Assembly (NCBI GenBank): GCA_041695325.1
Contig: JBGFRC010000019.1
Location: forward strand, 871-64,870
Direction of reading: 5' to 3'
Source: Pseudomonadota bacterium
GTDB lineage: Bacteria > Pseudomonadota > Gammaproteobacteria > SURF-13
DNA length: 64,000 bases
This document shows, piece by piece, positions 31,153 through 40,447 of the stretch. The notes beneath the pieces are model-generated. The model ran no database searches, was not told where the DNA came from, and worked only from the letters and a program-made list of their open reading frames with translations. Numbering within the stretch: position 1 is the stretch's first letter; every line of letters begins with the position of its first letter. Both the position numbers and the translations under genes were made by a program.

Positions 31153-32931
31153 TTACCAACTGTGCGCCGCTCGCGCGGCGGCCTTTCCGCCGGGAGCAAG
31201 CTCCTGCGCCGGCGGCGGGACTTCTTCCATCTCCTCGCCTTCGCCAAATATGCGCATCACTTCGTCTAGCGTGGTAATGCCGTCCCTGGCATAATCCAGC
31301 GCGCACTCTATCAAGGTGCCGTGTCCGAGGCGCTGTCTGGCAAGCTTCCTGAACTCTTCCACGTCCTCGCGGCGCAACGCATTGCCCAGCGCTTCGTCTA
31401 GCTCCAGCAGTTCGTACACGCCGATGCGCCCCCGATAACCGGTGTTGTTGCAGTGCGGGCAGCCCGCGCCGTGGCGGAACGCCGCGCTCTCCGCGGCATC
31501 GCCCGTGAAACCCTGCAGCCAGGCCAGTGGGTGCGCGTCGGGCTGGTGCGGCTCCGCGCAGGATTCACAGATGCGGCGCACCAGGCGCTGCGCGATCACG
31601 GCATCCAGCGCGGCGGCCACCATATAACCCTCGGCGCCCATGTCGAGCAGGCGCGTGGCGCAACCCACGGAGTCGTTGGTGTGCAGAGTGGACAGCACCA
31701 GGTGGCCGGTCATGGCGGCGCGCAGACCGATCTCCGCGGTCTCCTGGTCGCGCATTTCGCCCACCAGCACGATGTCCGGGTCATGGCGCAGGGCGGAACG
31801 CAGCACGCGTGCGAAGCTGAGGCCGATCCTGGTATTGACCTGCACCTGGTTGATGCGCGGTATGCGGTATTCCACCGGGTCTTCCACGGTGATGATCTTG
31901 CTCTCCGCGCTGTTGATGTGCGACAGCGCCGCGTACAGCGTGGTGGTCTTGCCACTGCCGGTGGGGCCGGTGATGAGCACCATGCCTTGCGGCTTGGTGA
32001 TCAGCCGGTGGAAACGGCGCAGCATGTCGGGCGGCATGCCCAGTTGGTCGAGATTGAGCAGACCGCTGGATTTATCGAGCAAGCGCATCACCACCGACTC
32101 ACCGTCATAAATAGGCATGGTGGAAAGACGCACGTCTATCACCCCGTCCTTGACTTTAATGGCGAAACGCCCGTCCTGCGGCAGCCGCTTTTCCGCGATA
32201 TCCAGACCTGACATGAGTTTCAGGCGCGACGCCAGGACGGAGGCAATGTGCTTTTCCTTCAGCAATCGTTCATGCAGCACGCCGTCTATGCGCTGGCGGA
32301 TGCGCAGCACGGTTTCGTCCGGTTCGATGTGGATGTCGGATGCGCCGATCTGTACCGCATCCTCAAACATGGATTGCAGCAACTTCACCACCGGCGCATC
32401 CGTGACATCGGCGGCCTGCGCCAAACCGGCCAGATCAAATTCGTTGGCCGCCATCTCCTCGCCCAGCTGCTCGGCGAAACTGATGATCTCCTCGGTGCGG
32501 CGGTAGACGGTGTCCAGGGTGCGCAACAGATCCGCCTCACGCACCAAGGCCAGGCGCAACGGCCGTTTCAGTATGCGCGCAAGCTCGTCGTAGGCGAAGA
32601 TGTCGGTGGGATCAGCCATGCCGAGGAGGTACTCGTCCGCCTTCTCCTCCAGCACGATGGCGCGGAAACGGCGCGCGTAAGTCTCGCTCAACAGGCGCAC
32701 GGTGTCGGAAGAGAACTTGTAATACCGGAGGTCAACAAAAGGAATCTGCAACTGGCGCGAGAGGAAATCGAGCAGCCTGTCTTCCTCGATGAAACCGTTT
32801 TCGATCAGCACCCGGCCCAGCTTGCGCCCGCTCTTTTTCTGGATGGCGAGCGCACTGCTGAGCTGAGTCTCGGAGATCTCCTTGTTTTGCACCAGGAGAT
32901 CGCCGAGCCTGATCTTTTTACGTGGGATCAT
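31153..32931 (-). CDS. mshE: MSHA pilus extension ATPase MshE (GspE family) with N-terminal MshEN c-di-GMP-binding domain
   Basis: Walker A GPTGSGKTT, Asp/His boxes, tetracysteine CESC...CPHC. N-terminus RLGDLLVQNKEISETQLSSALAIQ-KKSGR-KLGRVLIENGFIEEDRLLDFLSRQ. Confidence 0.93.
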   Translation of the reverse strand: MIPRKKIRLGDLLVQNKEISETQLSSALAIQKKSGRKLGRVLIENGFIEEDRLLDFLSRQLQIPFVDLRYYKFSSDTVRLLSETYARRFRAIVLEEKADEYLLGMADPTDIFAYDELARILKRPLRLALVREADLLRTLDTVYRRTEEIISFAEQLGEEMAANEFDLAGLAQAADVTDAPVVKLLQSMFEDAVQIGASDIHIEPDETVLRIRQRIDGVLHERLLKEKHIASVLASRLKLMSGLDIAEKRLPQDGRFAIKVKDGVIDVRLSTMPIYDGESVVMRLLDKSSGLLNLDQLGMPPDMLRRFHRLITKPQGMVLITGPTGSGKTTTLYAALSHINSAESKIITVEDPVEYRIPRINQVQVNTRIGLSFARVLRSALRHDPDIVLVGEMRDQETAEIGLRAAMTGHLVLSTLHTNDSVGCATRLLDMGAEGYMVAAALDAVIAQRLVRRICESCAEPHQPDAHPLAWLQGFTGDAAESAAFRHGAGCPHCNNTGYRGRIGVYELLELDEALGNALRREDVEEFRKLARQRLGHGTLIECALDYARDGITTLDEVMRIFGEGEEMEEVPPPAQELAPGGKAAARAAHSW

Positions 32932-34082
32932 GGCGCCGGCGTCTGCGCCTCCAGGCGATTAATCTTGCGTTGCACGAATTCCAGCGCAGCCCCGGTGAGG
33001 GTGCCGGAACTCTGCGCGCGCCGGTAGGCGCTCAGCGCGTCGCCCGGATTTTGCTGCGCCTCCAGCGAAATGGCGAGCCCCATCCACCACACGCCCTGGT
33101 TCGGCTCCAGACGCAGCGCGATCTGGTAAGCGGTCACCGCCTGCCCGTGATCCGAGGCGCGCTGATAAAGGGCGGCGAGCAGCGCGTGGTATTCGGCGTC
33201 CGTGTCGGCCGCCGCCTGCCGCTGCAAAACCTGCAATGCGCCTGAAATATCGCCGCGCTGCGCCAGCAGGCGCGCGTGCAGCTTGCTGAACAGGGTGTAG
33301 CGCGAATCCAACATGGCGCCCGCCGCGAGCAGATTTTCCGCCTCGCTGATGCGGCCGGTCCTCAGATAAATCTCCGTGAGCAGCTCGCGGCTCTTGTGGT
33401 GGCGCGGCTGCTGCGCCAGGGTCTCGCGCAGATTCCGCTGAGCGTCTGCCATCTTGCCGTTTTGCAGCGCCTCCACTGCCTCCTGGTAGCCACGCTCGGC
33501 CAACTGATCAGGCCCTTCAGCGCTGGGTTTTTTGATAGGCGCGGGTAGAGGGACCTGTTCCTCCGCCCGCGCCACACGCGGTTCACGAGGGGGGGCGGCT
33601 TCAACGGCGCTCGCGGGTTTGGCTTCCTGCGGTGCTGGCGCCACAGGCGCAGACCCGACAGGGGAGACAGCCGGCGTCTCAACGGCCGCGGGTTCCGTGA
33701 CCTGGGGCGCCGGCGCTTCCGTAGTGGCAACGGCCGGCGCGGGAATATTTTCTGCGGCGGCCTGCTGCGGGGCAGAGATGCCCTCCGTATCGGTTGCCTG
33801 CTGGGCGGGGGCGGCCGGCGCCTGCACCACGGTTTCAGGAGCCTTGTCAACGGAAGTGCCGCTGCTATACCAAAGATAAACCGTCAGCAATACGGCAAAG
33901 CCCGCCGCGATGCCGCCGAGACGCAGCCAGTTGACCGAGCGCAGGCCGGAGAGCATGTTACCGGATGACGTGCCAGGCTGGGCCGGCCAGGACAGGTTGT
34001 CTAGCACGCCGCCGGGCTTGGAGCCTTGCGCTTGTGCGCGGCGGCTCTCCAGGTCGCGCAGCATCTGGTTGATGAGACTCAT
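32928..34082 (-). CDS. mshN: MshN-like TPR protein
   Basis: MSLINQMLRDLESRRA N-terminus, one TM, Ala/Pro-rich linker, C-terminal TPRs. Position between mshM and mshE. Confidence 0.75.
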   Translation of the reverse strand: MSLINQMLRDLESRRAQAQGSKPGGVLDNLSWPAQPGTSSGNMLSGLRSVNWLRLGGIAAGFAVLLTVYLWYSSGTSVDKAPETVVQAPAAPAQQATDTEGISAPQQAAAENIPAPAVATTEAPAPQVTEPAAVETPAVSPVGSAPVAPAPQEAKPASAVEAAPPREPRVARAEEQVPLPAPIKKPSAEGPDQLAERGYQEAVEALQNGKMADAQRNLRETLAQQPRHHKSRELLTEIYLRTGRISEAENLLAAGAMLDSRYTLFSKLHARLLAQRGDISGALQVLQRQAAADTDAEYHALLAALYQRASDHGQAVTAYQIALRLEPNQGVWWMGLAISLEAQQNPGDALSAYRRAQSSGTLTGAALEFVQRKINRLEAQTPAP

Positions 34083-35023
34083 CGCATTAACAGATAGATT
34101 CCGACGACCAGCACGAACACTCCCGCGACACTGAGCAGCGAGTAGGCAAGCGTGCGCGTCATTGGAACGTGCGTGGTTTGCGCATTATTGCCCAAGGTGT
34201 CCTGTATCGCGGCGCGCATGTGATCGCCCTCTACCACGCGCTTGCCCTGTCCATAGGCCGCCATCAGCGCCTTGTGGCAGATGACATTGACCAGACGCGG
34301 GATGCCCCCGGTCCGGCGGTGGAGCTCGCTGATGGCGTCGGACGCAAACAGACGCCTGCCATTATAGCCCGCCACCATAAGGCGGTGCGATACATAGCCC
34401 TCCACACCGTCTTTGTCCAACGGCTCCAGACGATAAGAAAATACGATGCGCTGCTTGAGCTGCCGCACCGAGGGCTGCTCCAGCACGTCGTGCAGTTCCG
34501 GCTGGCCGAACAGCACTACTTGCAGCAGTTTGCGCTTCTCGGTCTCCAGATTGGTCAGCAGGCGCAGCGTTTCCAGGGTCTCCACCGGCATGGCCTGCAC
34601 TTCGTCCAGGCACACCACCACGCGCTTACCGGCGGCGGAAAACTCCAGCAGCGCGCTGGTGAGCAGCTTGAGCAGTTGATGCTGGTTCAAATTGTCTTCA
34701 TAGGGAATGCGCAGCTCGTCGGCAATCGCCAGCAGCAGCGTGGCCGGCTCAAGATAGGGATTGTGGATATAGGCGGAGACATAATTTTCCCGTTGCAGCG
34801 CGTCCAGCAGCTTGCGGCACAGCAGGGTCTTGCCGGTGCCGACCTCGCCCGTCACCATAATAAAGCCGTCGCCGCTGCGCGCCGCCACCAGCAGGGTATT
34901 GAGCGCCGCGATGTGCGAATCATAGGCGTAAAAGAAGCTGGTGTCCGGCGTGAGCGTAAACGGCGTTTCACGTAGGCCAAAGTGCTCAAGGTAGATGGCA
35001 GTGTCCTCCCAACAAGGAGTCAT
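34079..35023 (-). CDS. mshM: MshM / ExeA-like AAA ATPase
   Basis: HFGLRETPFTLTPDTSFFY, Walker A GEVGTGKT, Walker B VVVCLDEVQ. Confidence 0.88.
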   Translation of the reverse strand: MTPCWEDTAIYLEHFGLRETPFTLTPDTSFFYAYDSHIAALNTLLVAARSGDGFIMVTGEVGTGKTLLCRKLLDALQRENYVSAYIHNPYLEPATLLLAIADELRIPYEDNLNQHQLLKLLTSALLEFSAAGKRVVVCLDEVQAMPVETLETLRLLTNLETEKRKLLQVVLFGQPELHDVLEQPSVRQLKQRIVFSYRLEPLDKDGVEGYVSHRLMVAGYNGRRLFASDAISELHRRTGGIPRLVNVICHKALMAAYGQGKRVVEGDHMRAAIQDTLGNNAQTTHVPMTRTLAYSLLSVAGVFVLVVGIYLLMR

Positions 35024-35127
35024 TTCTCTTCCTTCGATACGGCGCCGAAAGCGCCCAACCAGGACGGGTCTTGATCCCGGTTGGTGCTCGACAACGGCTG
35101 TAAGCCAGGACCGGATTCCGCCAAAGC

Positions 35128-36843
35128 TCAGCGGGCCTCATCAACACCATCGTTCTCCGGAGCGCTACGCTTGATGCTCTTGAAGGATTCCGCGGTGCTG
35201 CGTAGCGATTCCGCCCACTGATGGCCGTCCTCAACCACGGTGGGGCGCAGCAAAATCACAAGCTCGCTCTTGCGCGAGAAGGCGCGCTTGTGGCCCAGCA
35301 GGCTGCCCATGACAGGCCCCTCCGCTCCCGGCACGCCGGCTTTTTCGCCCCGTGATCTATTCTGCATCAGGCCGCCGATCACCACCACCTGATTGTTCGC
35401 GGCGCGCACGATGTTGTCTGACTCACGCACAGTGCTTTTGGCGAGCGGGAAGGTTTGTTTGGTTTCCGTGGTGCCGCTGCTGGTGGTAATGGTCTTGGTT
35501 TGTTCCTCCACCTCGCTTACGGACGGGTGGATGTACAAAATGACCTCACCGTTATCGCTGATCTGCGGGATCACCTCCAGGGCGATGCCGGAGAAAAACG
35601 GCGTGAGTGTAACGCTGGGCGTGACCGTCGTCGTGCCGGTGACGGTGGTCGTGGTGGCGGTGGCGTTGGTGACAAAAAACTCGTCCGAACCCACCTTGAT
35701 GAGCGCTTTTTGATTATTGACCGTGGAGACGCGCGGACTGGACAGCACGTGCACATCGCCCTGCTGCTTCAACAAATCAATGAAGGCATTGAAGTCATTG
35801 AGCGCCAGGGCCAGCGAGAATACACCGTGGGCGGCCGCGAATGGAGTCCCCGCGGCAACGCCCGTGGCGGCCAGAACGCCGCTCACCACGCCCTCGCTGC
35901 TGGTCCTCCGCCCTGTCTGGCCGATCGTGACGCTCTTGCCGTCGGGCTCAAACAACGCGGTCCAGTTGATGCCGGACTGAAAACCGTCGCTCAACTCCAC
36001 TTCCAGTATCTTGGCTTCCAGTATCACCTGGCGTTCAATGGAAATTTGAGTGGAGTTGAGAAACAGTTCCACAGTGCGCAACTCACTGGGCAGGGCGCGC
36101 ACCACCACGACTCCGGACTGCTGACTCACCACCACGCTCCTGCCTTCTCCCGTCACCAAGGCCCTTAGAGCGGTTTCCAGCTCGGTCCAGAAATCGGACT
36201 TGAACTCGGTTCTCACCTCGTTCGGGACGGTTCCCTCGGCCTGGGTAGGCGCGGTAGTTGACGCAGTGGTACCGGTGGTAGTGCCTATCTTTTCCGAGAT
36301 TTGGCCTGAGCTGATGCGTGTTTGCGACTGCCCGATGCGATTCACGCGCAGATAATCCACCTTGAAGATACGCGTCTGAAGGGCGGCGGGCAGTATGTGG
36401 AAGGTGGTGCCGACGCGCTGGAAATCGTAGCCGTACACCTCACGCGCGCTCTCCATGACCTGCGGGATGGTGACTCCTTTCAGATTAAGCGAGATCGCGC
36501 CGGTCACTTCGGGGTGCACCACGACGTTATAGGCGCTGCCCTCCACCAGGCTGAGGAAAAATTCCTGGACGTTGAGACTGTTCACCGTGATGTCGAAACG
36601 CGGTTCGTCACCCGGTCCGCGCAGACTGGCGTCGTCCAGCGGCGGCACCAGCGCCTCCAGCACCTCGCGCGGCGGCTCATCCTTGGCACGCGCTTGCGCC
36701 TCGGACTCGCGCGCGGCGTCTTCCAATGTTTTTTCAATGACCTCGGCGGTGCGCTCGTGTTGCGGAGGCACGGCACAACCCGGCAGCGCGATGGCAAGTG
36801 CCAGCGCCATTCTCCACGGCCATTGCGAAACGGCCTTGCTCAT
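35128..36843 (-). CDS. mshL: MSHA secretin MshL (GspD/PilQ family lipoprotein)
   Basis: Lipobox ALPGC. Secretin core VSTVNNQKALIKVG...VVIGGLMQN...ELVILLRPTVV. Confidence 0.93.
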   Translation of the reverse strand: MSKAVSQWPWRMALALAIALPGCAVPPQHERTAEVIEKTLEDAARESEAQARAKDEPPREVLEALVPPLDDASLRGPGDEPRFDITVNSLNVQEFFLSLVEGSAYNVVVHPEVTGAISLNLKGVTIPQVMESAREVYGYDFQRVGTTFHILPAALQTRIFKVDYLRVNRIGQSQTRISSGQISEKIGTTTGTTASTTAPTQAEGTVPNEVRTEFKSDFWTELETALRALVTGEGRSVVVSQQSGVVVVRALPSELRTVELFLNSTQISIERQVILEAKILEVELSDGFQSGINWTALFEPDGKSVTIGQTGRRTSSEGVVSGVLAATGVAAGTPFAAAHGVFSLALALNDFNAFIDLLKQQGDVHVLSSPRVSTVNNQKALIKVGSDEFFVTNATATTTTVTGTTTVTPSVTLTPFFSGIALEVIPQISDNGEVILYIHPSVSEVEEQTKTITTSSGTTETKQTFPLAKSTVRESDNIVRAANNQVVVIGGLMQNRSRGEKAGVPGAEGPVMGSLLGHKRAFSRKSELVILLRPTVVEDGHQWAESLRSTAESFKSIKRSAPENDGVDEAR

Positions 36844-37394
36844 GGGGCGGAATTCCCGATTTTGCCCGGCATCTTAACCGAAACCGGCAATAAATTCACA
36901 GAAAATTCGCCTTCCGCGCCTTTCAACACCACCGAGCCGGGCAGGATATCCAGCACCGTCATTTCCTGGTCCAACCGTTCGCCCTGTTTGACCACCCGCC
37001 CGTTCAGGATGGCGCTGCGGCGGGTAGGCGAGATCAGTATGGATTTCAGCACCCACTGCGGCGTGGTGCCGATCCCGATACCGGCCTCCTGATAGTCCGG
37101 CGGTCGGGTGGGATCGGAAAGCCCCCCCTGCGCCGGCAACAATTCGGCCTGCGCGGCGGACAGAGAAAAGAGGCTGGAGAAAACAATCCCGATCCTTTTT
37201 CTCTTTTGAAAGCTCTGAATAAGTCCATCCCTGGACTTCTCAGAGCACGAAAAGCAAAAATGTGATTTTTGCTTTTCTTCATTTTTCAAATACTTGCGTA
37301 TTTGAAAAATGGCAGCGCATCCTGCGCTGCACGGAACCTCTGACTTAATCAGAGGTTCCTTTTCTCTTGCCTCTTTTCTCGGTCCTTCACACAC
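36840..37394 (-). CDS. mshK: MshK-like pilus biogenesis protein with a MITE inserted in frame in its signal-peptide region
   Basis: C-terminal ILISPTRRSAILNGRVVKQGERL...VLKGAEGEF is MshK-like. GTG 37394 overlaps the mshJ stop. Codons 13-64 are encoded by the repeat at 37208-37359. Confidence 0.7.
   Translation of the reverse strand: MCEGPRKEAREKEPLIKSEVPCSAGCAAIFQIRKYLKNEEKQKSHFCFSCSEKSRDGLIQSFQKRKRIGIVFSSLFSLSAAQAELLPAQGGLSDPTRPPDYQEAGIGIGTTPQWVLKSILISPTRRSAILNGRVVKQGERLDQEMTVLDILPGSVVLKGAEGEFSVNLLPVSVKMPGKIGNSAP
37208..37359. mobile_element. MITE-like element, family B copy 1 (152 bp), flanked by TTTT direct repeats
   Basis: Ends GAAAGCTCTGAATAAGTC... and ...GGAACCTCTGACTTAATCAGAGGTTCC. 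TTTT at 37204-37207 and 37360-37363. Homologous to 49539-49827. Confidence 0.8.
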
Positions 37395-38031
37395 CCAGCG
37401 CGCCCTCCGTCAACCCCAGCGTGTGGATGATCAGGGTGATATGCGCCAGCGGGTAATCCTTCACCTTATAGTCGAGACTGCTCCATGACAGTTGCCAAGG
37501 CAGGCTTTCCAGTGCCTTCAGATAGCGCAGCGTGCTGAAATAGCCGCCCTCCAGTTCAATGACCAGCCCATGTTGGTATATCGCGCCCGCGCCAGAGGGC
37601 GCCGTCACAGCGACCTCCAGCGGCGCGCTCACCAGATTTCTTATCCTGACCAGCTTAAGCTCCGGCTCCCGGGTCAGCACCTCGGACAGCACTTTGGTCA
37701 GTTCCGCCGCCCCGATGGCAAGACGGCCGATGTTTTCATCGAGCATCGCAAGCTCTTGTTTGAGCGCAGCGGCACGTTCCCGGTTTTCCTTGTTCGGGTC
37801 CACCGCGACTCCTGCGCTGATGCTTTGTATTTGCTGTTGCGCGCTGGCGGTCTGCTGCTGGAGACCGGCCAGCTCGGTTGCAATGCGCTTCTTTTCGGCA
37901 TTGACCGGACCGAGTAACAGGCCGTTCCAGATGACGAACAGCACGAACACCAGCGTCAGGAACAGTAAAATACGCTCGCGTAACGCGAACGCATCTATGC
38001 GCGCCAGCAGTTGTTCCAGTTGTGCTTTCAT
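37387..38031 (-). CDS. mshJ: MshJ (PilO-like) pilus assembly protein
   Basis: MKAQLEQLLARIDAFALRERILLFLTLVFVLFVIW (coiled coil plus single TM). ATGA overlap with the upstream gene. Confidence 0.8.
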   Translation of the reverse strand: MKAQLEQLLARIDAFALRERILLFLTLVFVLFVIWNGLLLGPVNAEKKRIATELAGLQQQTASAQQQIQSISAGVAVDPNKENRERAAALKQELAMLDENIGRLAIGAAELTKVLSEVLTREPELKLVRIRNLVSAPLEVAVTAPSGAGAIYQHGLVIELEGGYFSTLRYLKALESLPWQLSWSSLDYKVKDYPLAHITLIIHTLGLTEGALGV

Positions 38032-38669
38032 CCGGCGCCTGCGGGAGGAGGCGCGTCCTGCTCGGCGGATTCGGTATCGCTGGTGCGCAAGGTGAAATTC
38101 ACCCGGCCGGGCTGCTGCTCGGAGCGTTCCATCAACAGGGTCTTGAATTCAACACCTTTGAACACCGGCTCTTTTCCGAGCGCCTGCAGCAATACCGGCA
38201 CCCGTTCCGGCGCCAGGGTGCCGCCGTTCAGCGCAAAACTGGCGCCACTCTCGCCAATACTGATGTTAGTCAACCACACTCCCTCCACGCGCCGCCGCGC
38301 CAGTCCTTCGATCTGGGCAGAAAAACCTTTGGTGTTGCCCAAACGGCCGCCGGCAAGATTGTTGAGCATCTGCTGCTTCGCATCGCGCTCGGCGGCAAGG
38401 CGCGCCACCTCCTGCTCGAACGCCGCGTCTTTCTGCATGGCCTGCGCCTGCTGACCCAGCGCCTCCAGTTGTTTGCGTGCGTCACTGTGCTGTTGCTGCG
38501 CGCTCGCCAGCTCTTTCTTCATCGGCCCCAGGCTCCAGGAGGCATAAGCGTAGTAAAGCATCAGCACCACCGCCACGCCCGCCAGGGCATACCACAGGGT
38601 CTGCGCGGAAAACGGTTGCCGCGCGCCGCGGAAGATGGGGAGATACAAGTTGATCTGCTGGTTTATCAC
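38028..38669 (-). CDS. PilN-like assembly protein (C-terminal half of Vibrio-type MshI)
   Basis: INQQINLYLPIF motif then a TM segment. GTG 38669 with a GAGGG SD, 8 nt after the stop of the PilM-like ORF (track start is 38696). Confidence 0.75.
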   Translation of the reverse strand: MINQQINLYLPIFRGARQPFSAQTLWYALAGVAVVLMLYYAYASWSLGPMKKELASAQQQHSDARKQLEALGQQAQAMQKDAAFEQEVARLAAERDAKQQMLNNLAGGRLGNTKGFSAQIEGLARRRVEGVWLTNISIGESGASFALNGGTLAPERVPVLLQALGKEPVFKGVEFKTLLMERSEQQPGRVNFTLRTSDTESAEQDAPPPAGAG

Positions 38670-38676
38670 GCCGCCC

Positions 38677-39654
38677 TCATTGCAGCGTGGCGGCATCGCG
38701 CAGCGCCGCGCCCACGGCGAGCAGGCACTGCGCTTGCAGCTTCTGGCTGAGCGGCGAGGCGCACTCCAGCACCTTGTTCAGGTCTATCTGTTTGATATTC
38801 AAACCCAGGCTGTTGGCGACGTGGTTCACCGCGCCGGGCAGTTCCTGCTCCAGGGGAGCAAACAGCAAGTGGGTAATGAGCGGCTGGGAATAGTGACTCT
38901 CGTAGTAATCCAGCGAGCGCTGCACTTCCAGCACGATGTTGTCCAGCAGGCGTTGCACTTCGTCGGGCAGCGCCTCGTCCGGCCGCGCGGCCTCCAGCCC
39001 GCTGAACAGCCGGGCGAAATTGAGCTCGATTTTGCGCGCCAGATACAATGTGCCCGCGCGCGTCAGAATGATGTGCCCGCCTTGCGGCGTCAGATGCACC
39101 AGCACCACACCCGCCTGGTCCTCCTCAAACAGCGCGGTGATGTTACGCAGCGCCATCTCCGGGATATCTATCACCGATAAATCCAGGCCGGCGTTTTTGA
39201 CCAGCGCGCTGTGCTCCTGCACCAGGGCGGCGCGCGTCACCACCACGTACATCATCTTGTTCTGACCGGAAAGATTTTGCGCGGGGATTTCGAATACATC
39301 CATCACCGCATCATCTATATGGAAGGGGATGAGGTCCTTGATGCGCCAGCGCAGCGCGGCCTTGAGCTCCGCCGCCGCCACATTGGGCGCTCCCACCAGC
39401 AGCAACTGGTAACCGTTCACTTCCAGCAACTCAACGCAGCGGGTGTTGGCCAGCCCGTGCTGCCTGACCAGCGCGGCGCATGATTTATCGCGCTCGTCCG
39501 CCAGCGCTTGATGTACGCACAGCGTGATGCGCGGCCGAGCGCCTTCGGTTCGCACGATGCGCGCGAGGCTCACGCCACCGGGTGCGAAAGCAATGCCGAC
39601 CACTCCTTCGCCGTGTGCGGGTTTCGGAAACAATTTTAACAGCACGTTCTTCAT
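38677..39654 (-). CDS. mshI: MshI (PilM-like actin-fold) pilus assembly protein
   Basis: 325 aa, first gene of the locus, PilM-like sequence (GIAFAPGGVSLARI..., LDLSVIDIPEMALRN). Confidence 0.8.
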   Translation of the reverse strand: MKNVLLKLFPKPAHGEGVVGIAFAPGGVSLARIVRTEGARPRITLCVHQALADERDKSCAALVRQHGLANTRCVELLEVNGYQLLLVGAPNVAAAELKAALRWRIKDLIPFHIDDAVMDVFEIPAQNLSGQNKMMYVVVTRAALVQEHSALVKNAGLDLSVIDIPEMALRNITALFEEDQAGVVLVHLTPQGGHIILTRAGTLYLARKIELNFARLFSGLEAARPDEALPDEVQRLLDNIVLEVQRSLDYYESHYSQPLITHLLFAPLEQELPGAVNHVANSLGLNIKQIDLNKVLECASPLSQKLQAQCLLAVGAALRDAATLQ

Positions 39655-39718
39655 GGTGCCTGCCGCAACCTGTTTTTTGCCTGAGGCCCTAGGGCTAGCC
39701 GTTACCAGATTTTACTTC

Positions 39719-39747
39719 AAAATACCATAGTAAGCTATTGTTGTAAA
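39719..39747 (-). promoter_or_regulatory. Candidate sigma70 promoter for the msh operon (TTTACA-17-TATTTT on the minus strand)
   Basis: AT-rich 115-bp gap between trmB and mshI. Hexamers read by eye only. Confidence 0.25.
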
Positions 39748-39769
39748 TATAATAAATTGATAGAACTCC

Positions 39770-40435
39770 TCACCCCTCAAAAAGCAAATCCCATACCAGC
39801 CGGCCCTGTTTCAGGGCGCGCCGCTCAAAGCGGCTGGAGGGACGCGGCAGCGCGCCGGCAAACACGCCCGGGCCGTGAATGTTTTTTAAGTTTGAGCAGC
39901 GAGTCAGCACCTGCATCATGTGCTGCGCATAGTCCTCGTCATCCGTGGCGAGATGAAGCCGTCCGCCTGGTTTGAGCTTGCGGGCCACCAGCGCCGCAAA
40001 AGACGGCTGCACCAGGCGGCGCTTGTGGTGGCGGCGTTTGGGCCAGGGATCGGGGAAAAACACACGCACCCCGCTCAAGCTGGCGTCGGGAATCGAATGC
40101 TGCAAGACCTCGACCGCGTCACGGCAGATGACGCGCACGTTGACCACGCCCTGCGCCTCAAGACGCCGCAGCAAACTCCCCACGCCGGGGCGGTGCACCT
40201 CAATGCCGAGATAATCGTTTTCCGGATGTGCGGCGGCCTCGGTGAGCAGCGCGTCGCCTGCGCCGAAGCCGATCTCCAGCACGCGCGGCGCGCGGCGGCC
40301 GAACAGCACGTCGAAGTCGAGCGGGGTGTCTTGCGGCTCCACGCCGTAGCGTTGCCACAGGGTGTCGAGCGCATGCTGCTGGGCGCGTGTCATGCGCCCT
40401 TGGCGCAGCACATAGCTGCGGATGGGACGCATCAA
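39770..40435 (-). CDS. trmB: tRNA (guanine46-N7)-methyltransferase
   Basis: VLEIGFGAGDALLTEAAAHPENDYLGIEVHRPGV, FFPDPWPKRRHHKRR. Confidence 0.93.
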   Translation of the reverse strand: MMRPIRSYVLRQGRMTRAQQHALDTLWQRYGVEPQDTPLDFDVLFGRRAPRVLEIGFGAGDALLTEAAAHPENDYLGIEVHRPGVGSLLRRLEAQGVVNVRVICRDAVEVLQHSIPDASLSGVRVFFPDPWPKRRHHKRRLVQPSFAALVARKLKPGGRLHLATDDEDYAQHMMQVLTRCSNLKNIHGPGVFAGALPRPSSRFERRALKQGRLVWDLLFEG

Positions 40436-40447
40436 TGAGATAGGTCG

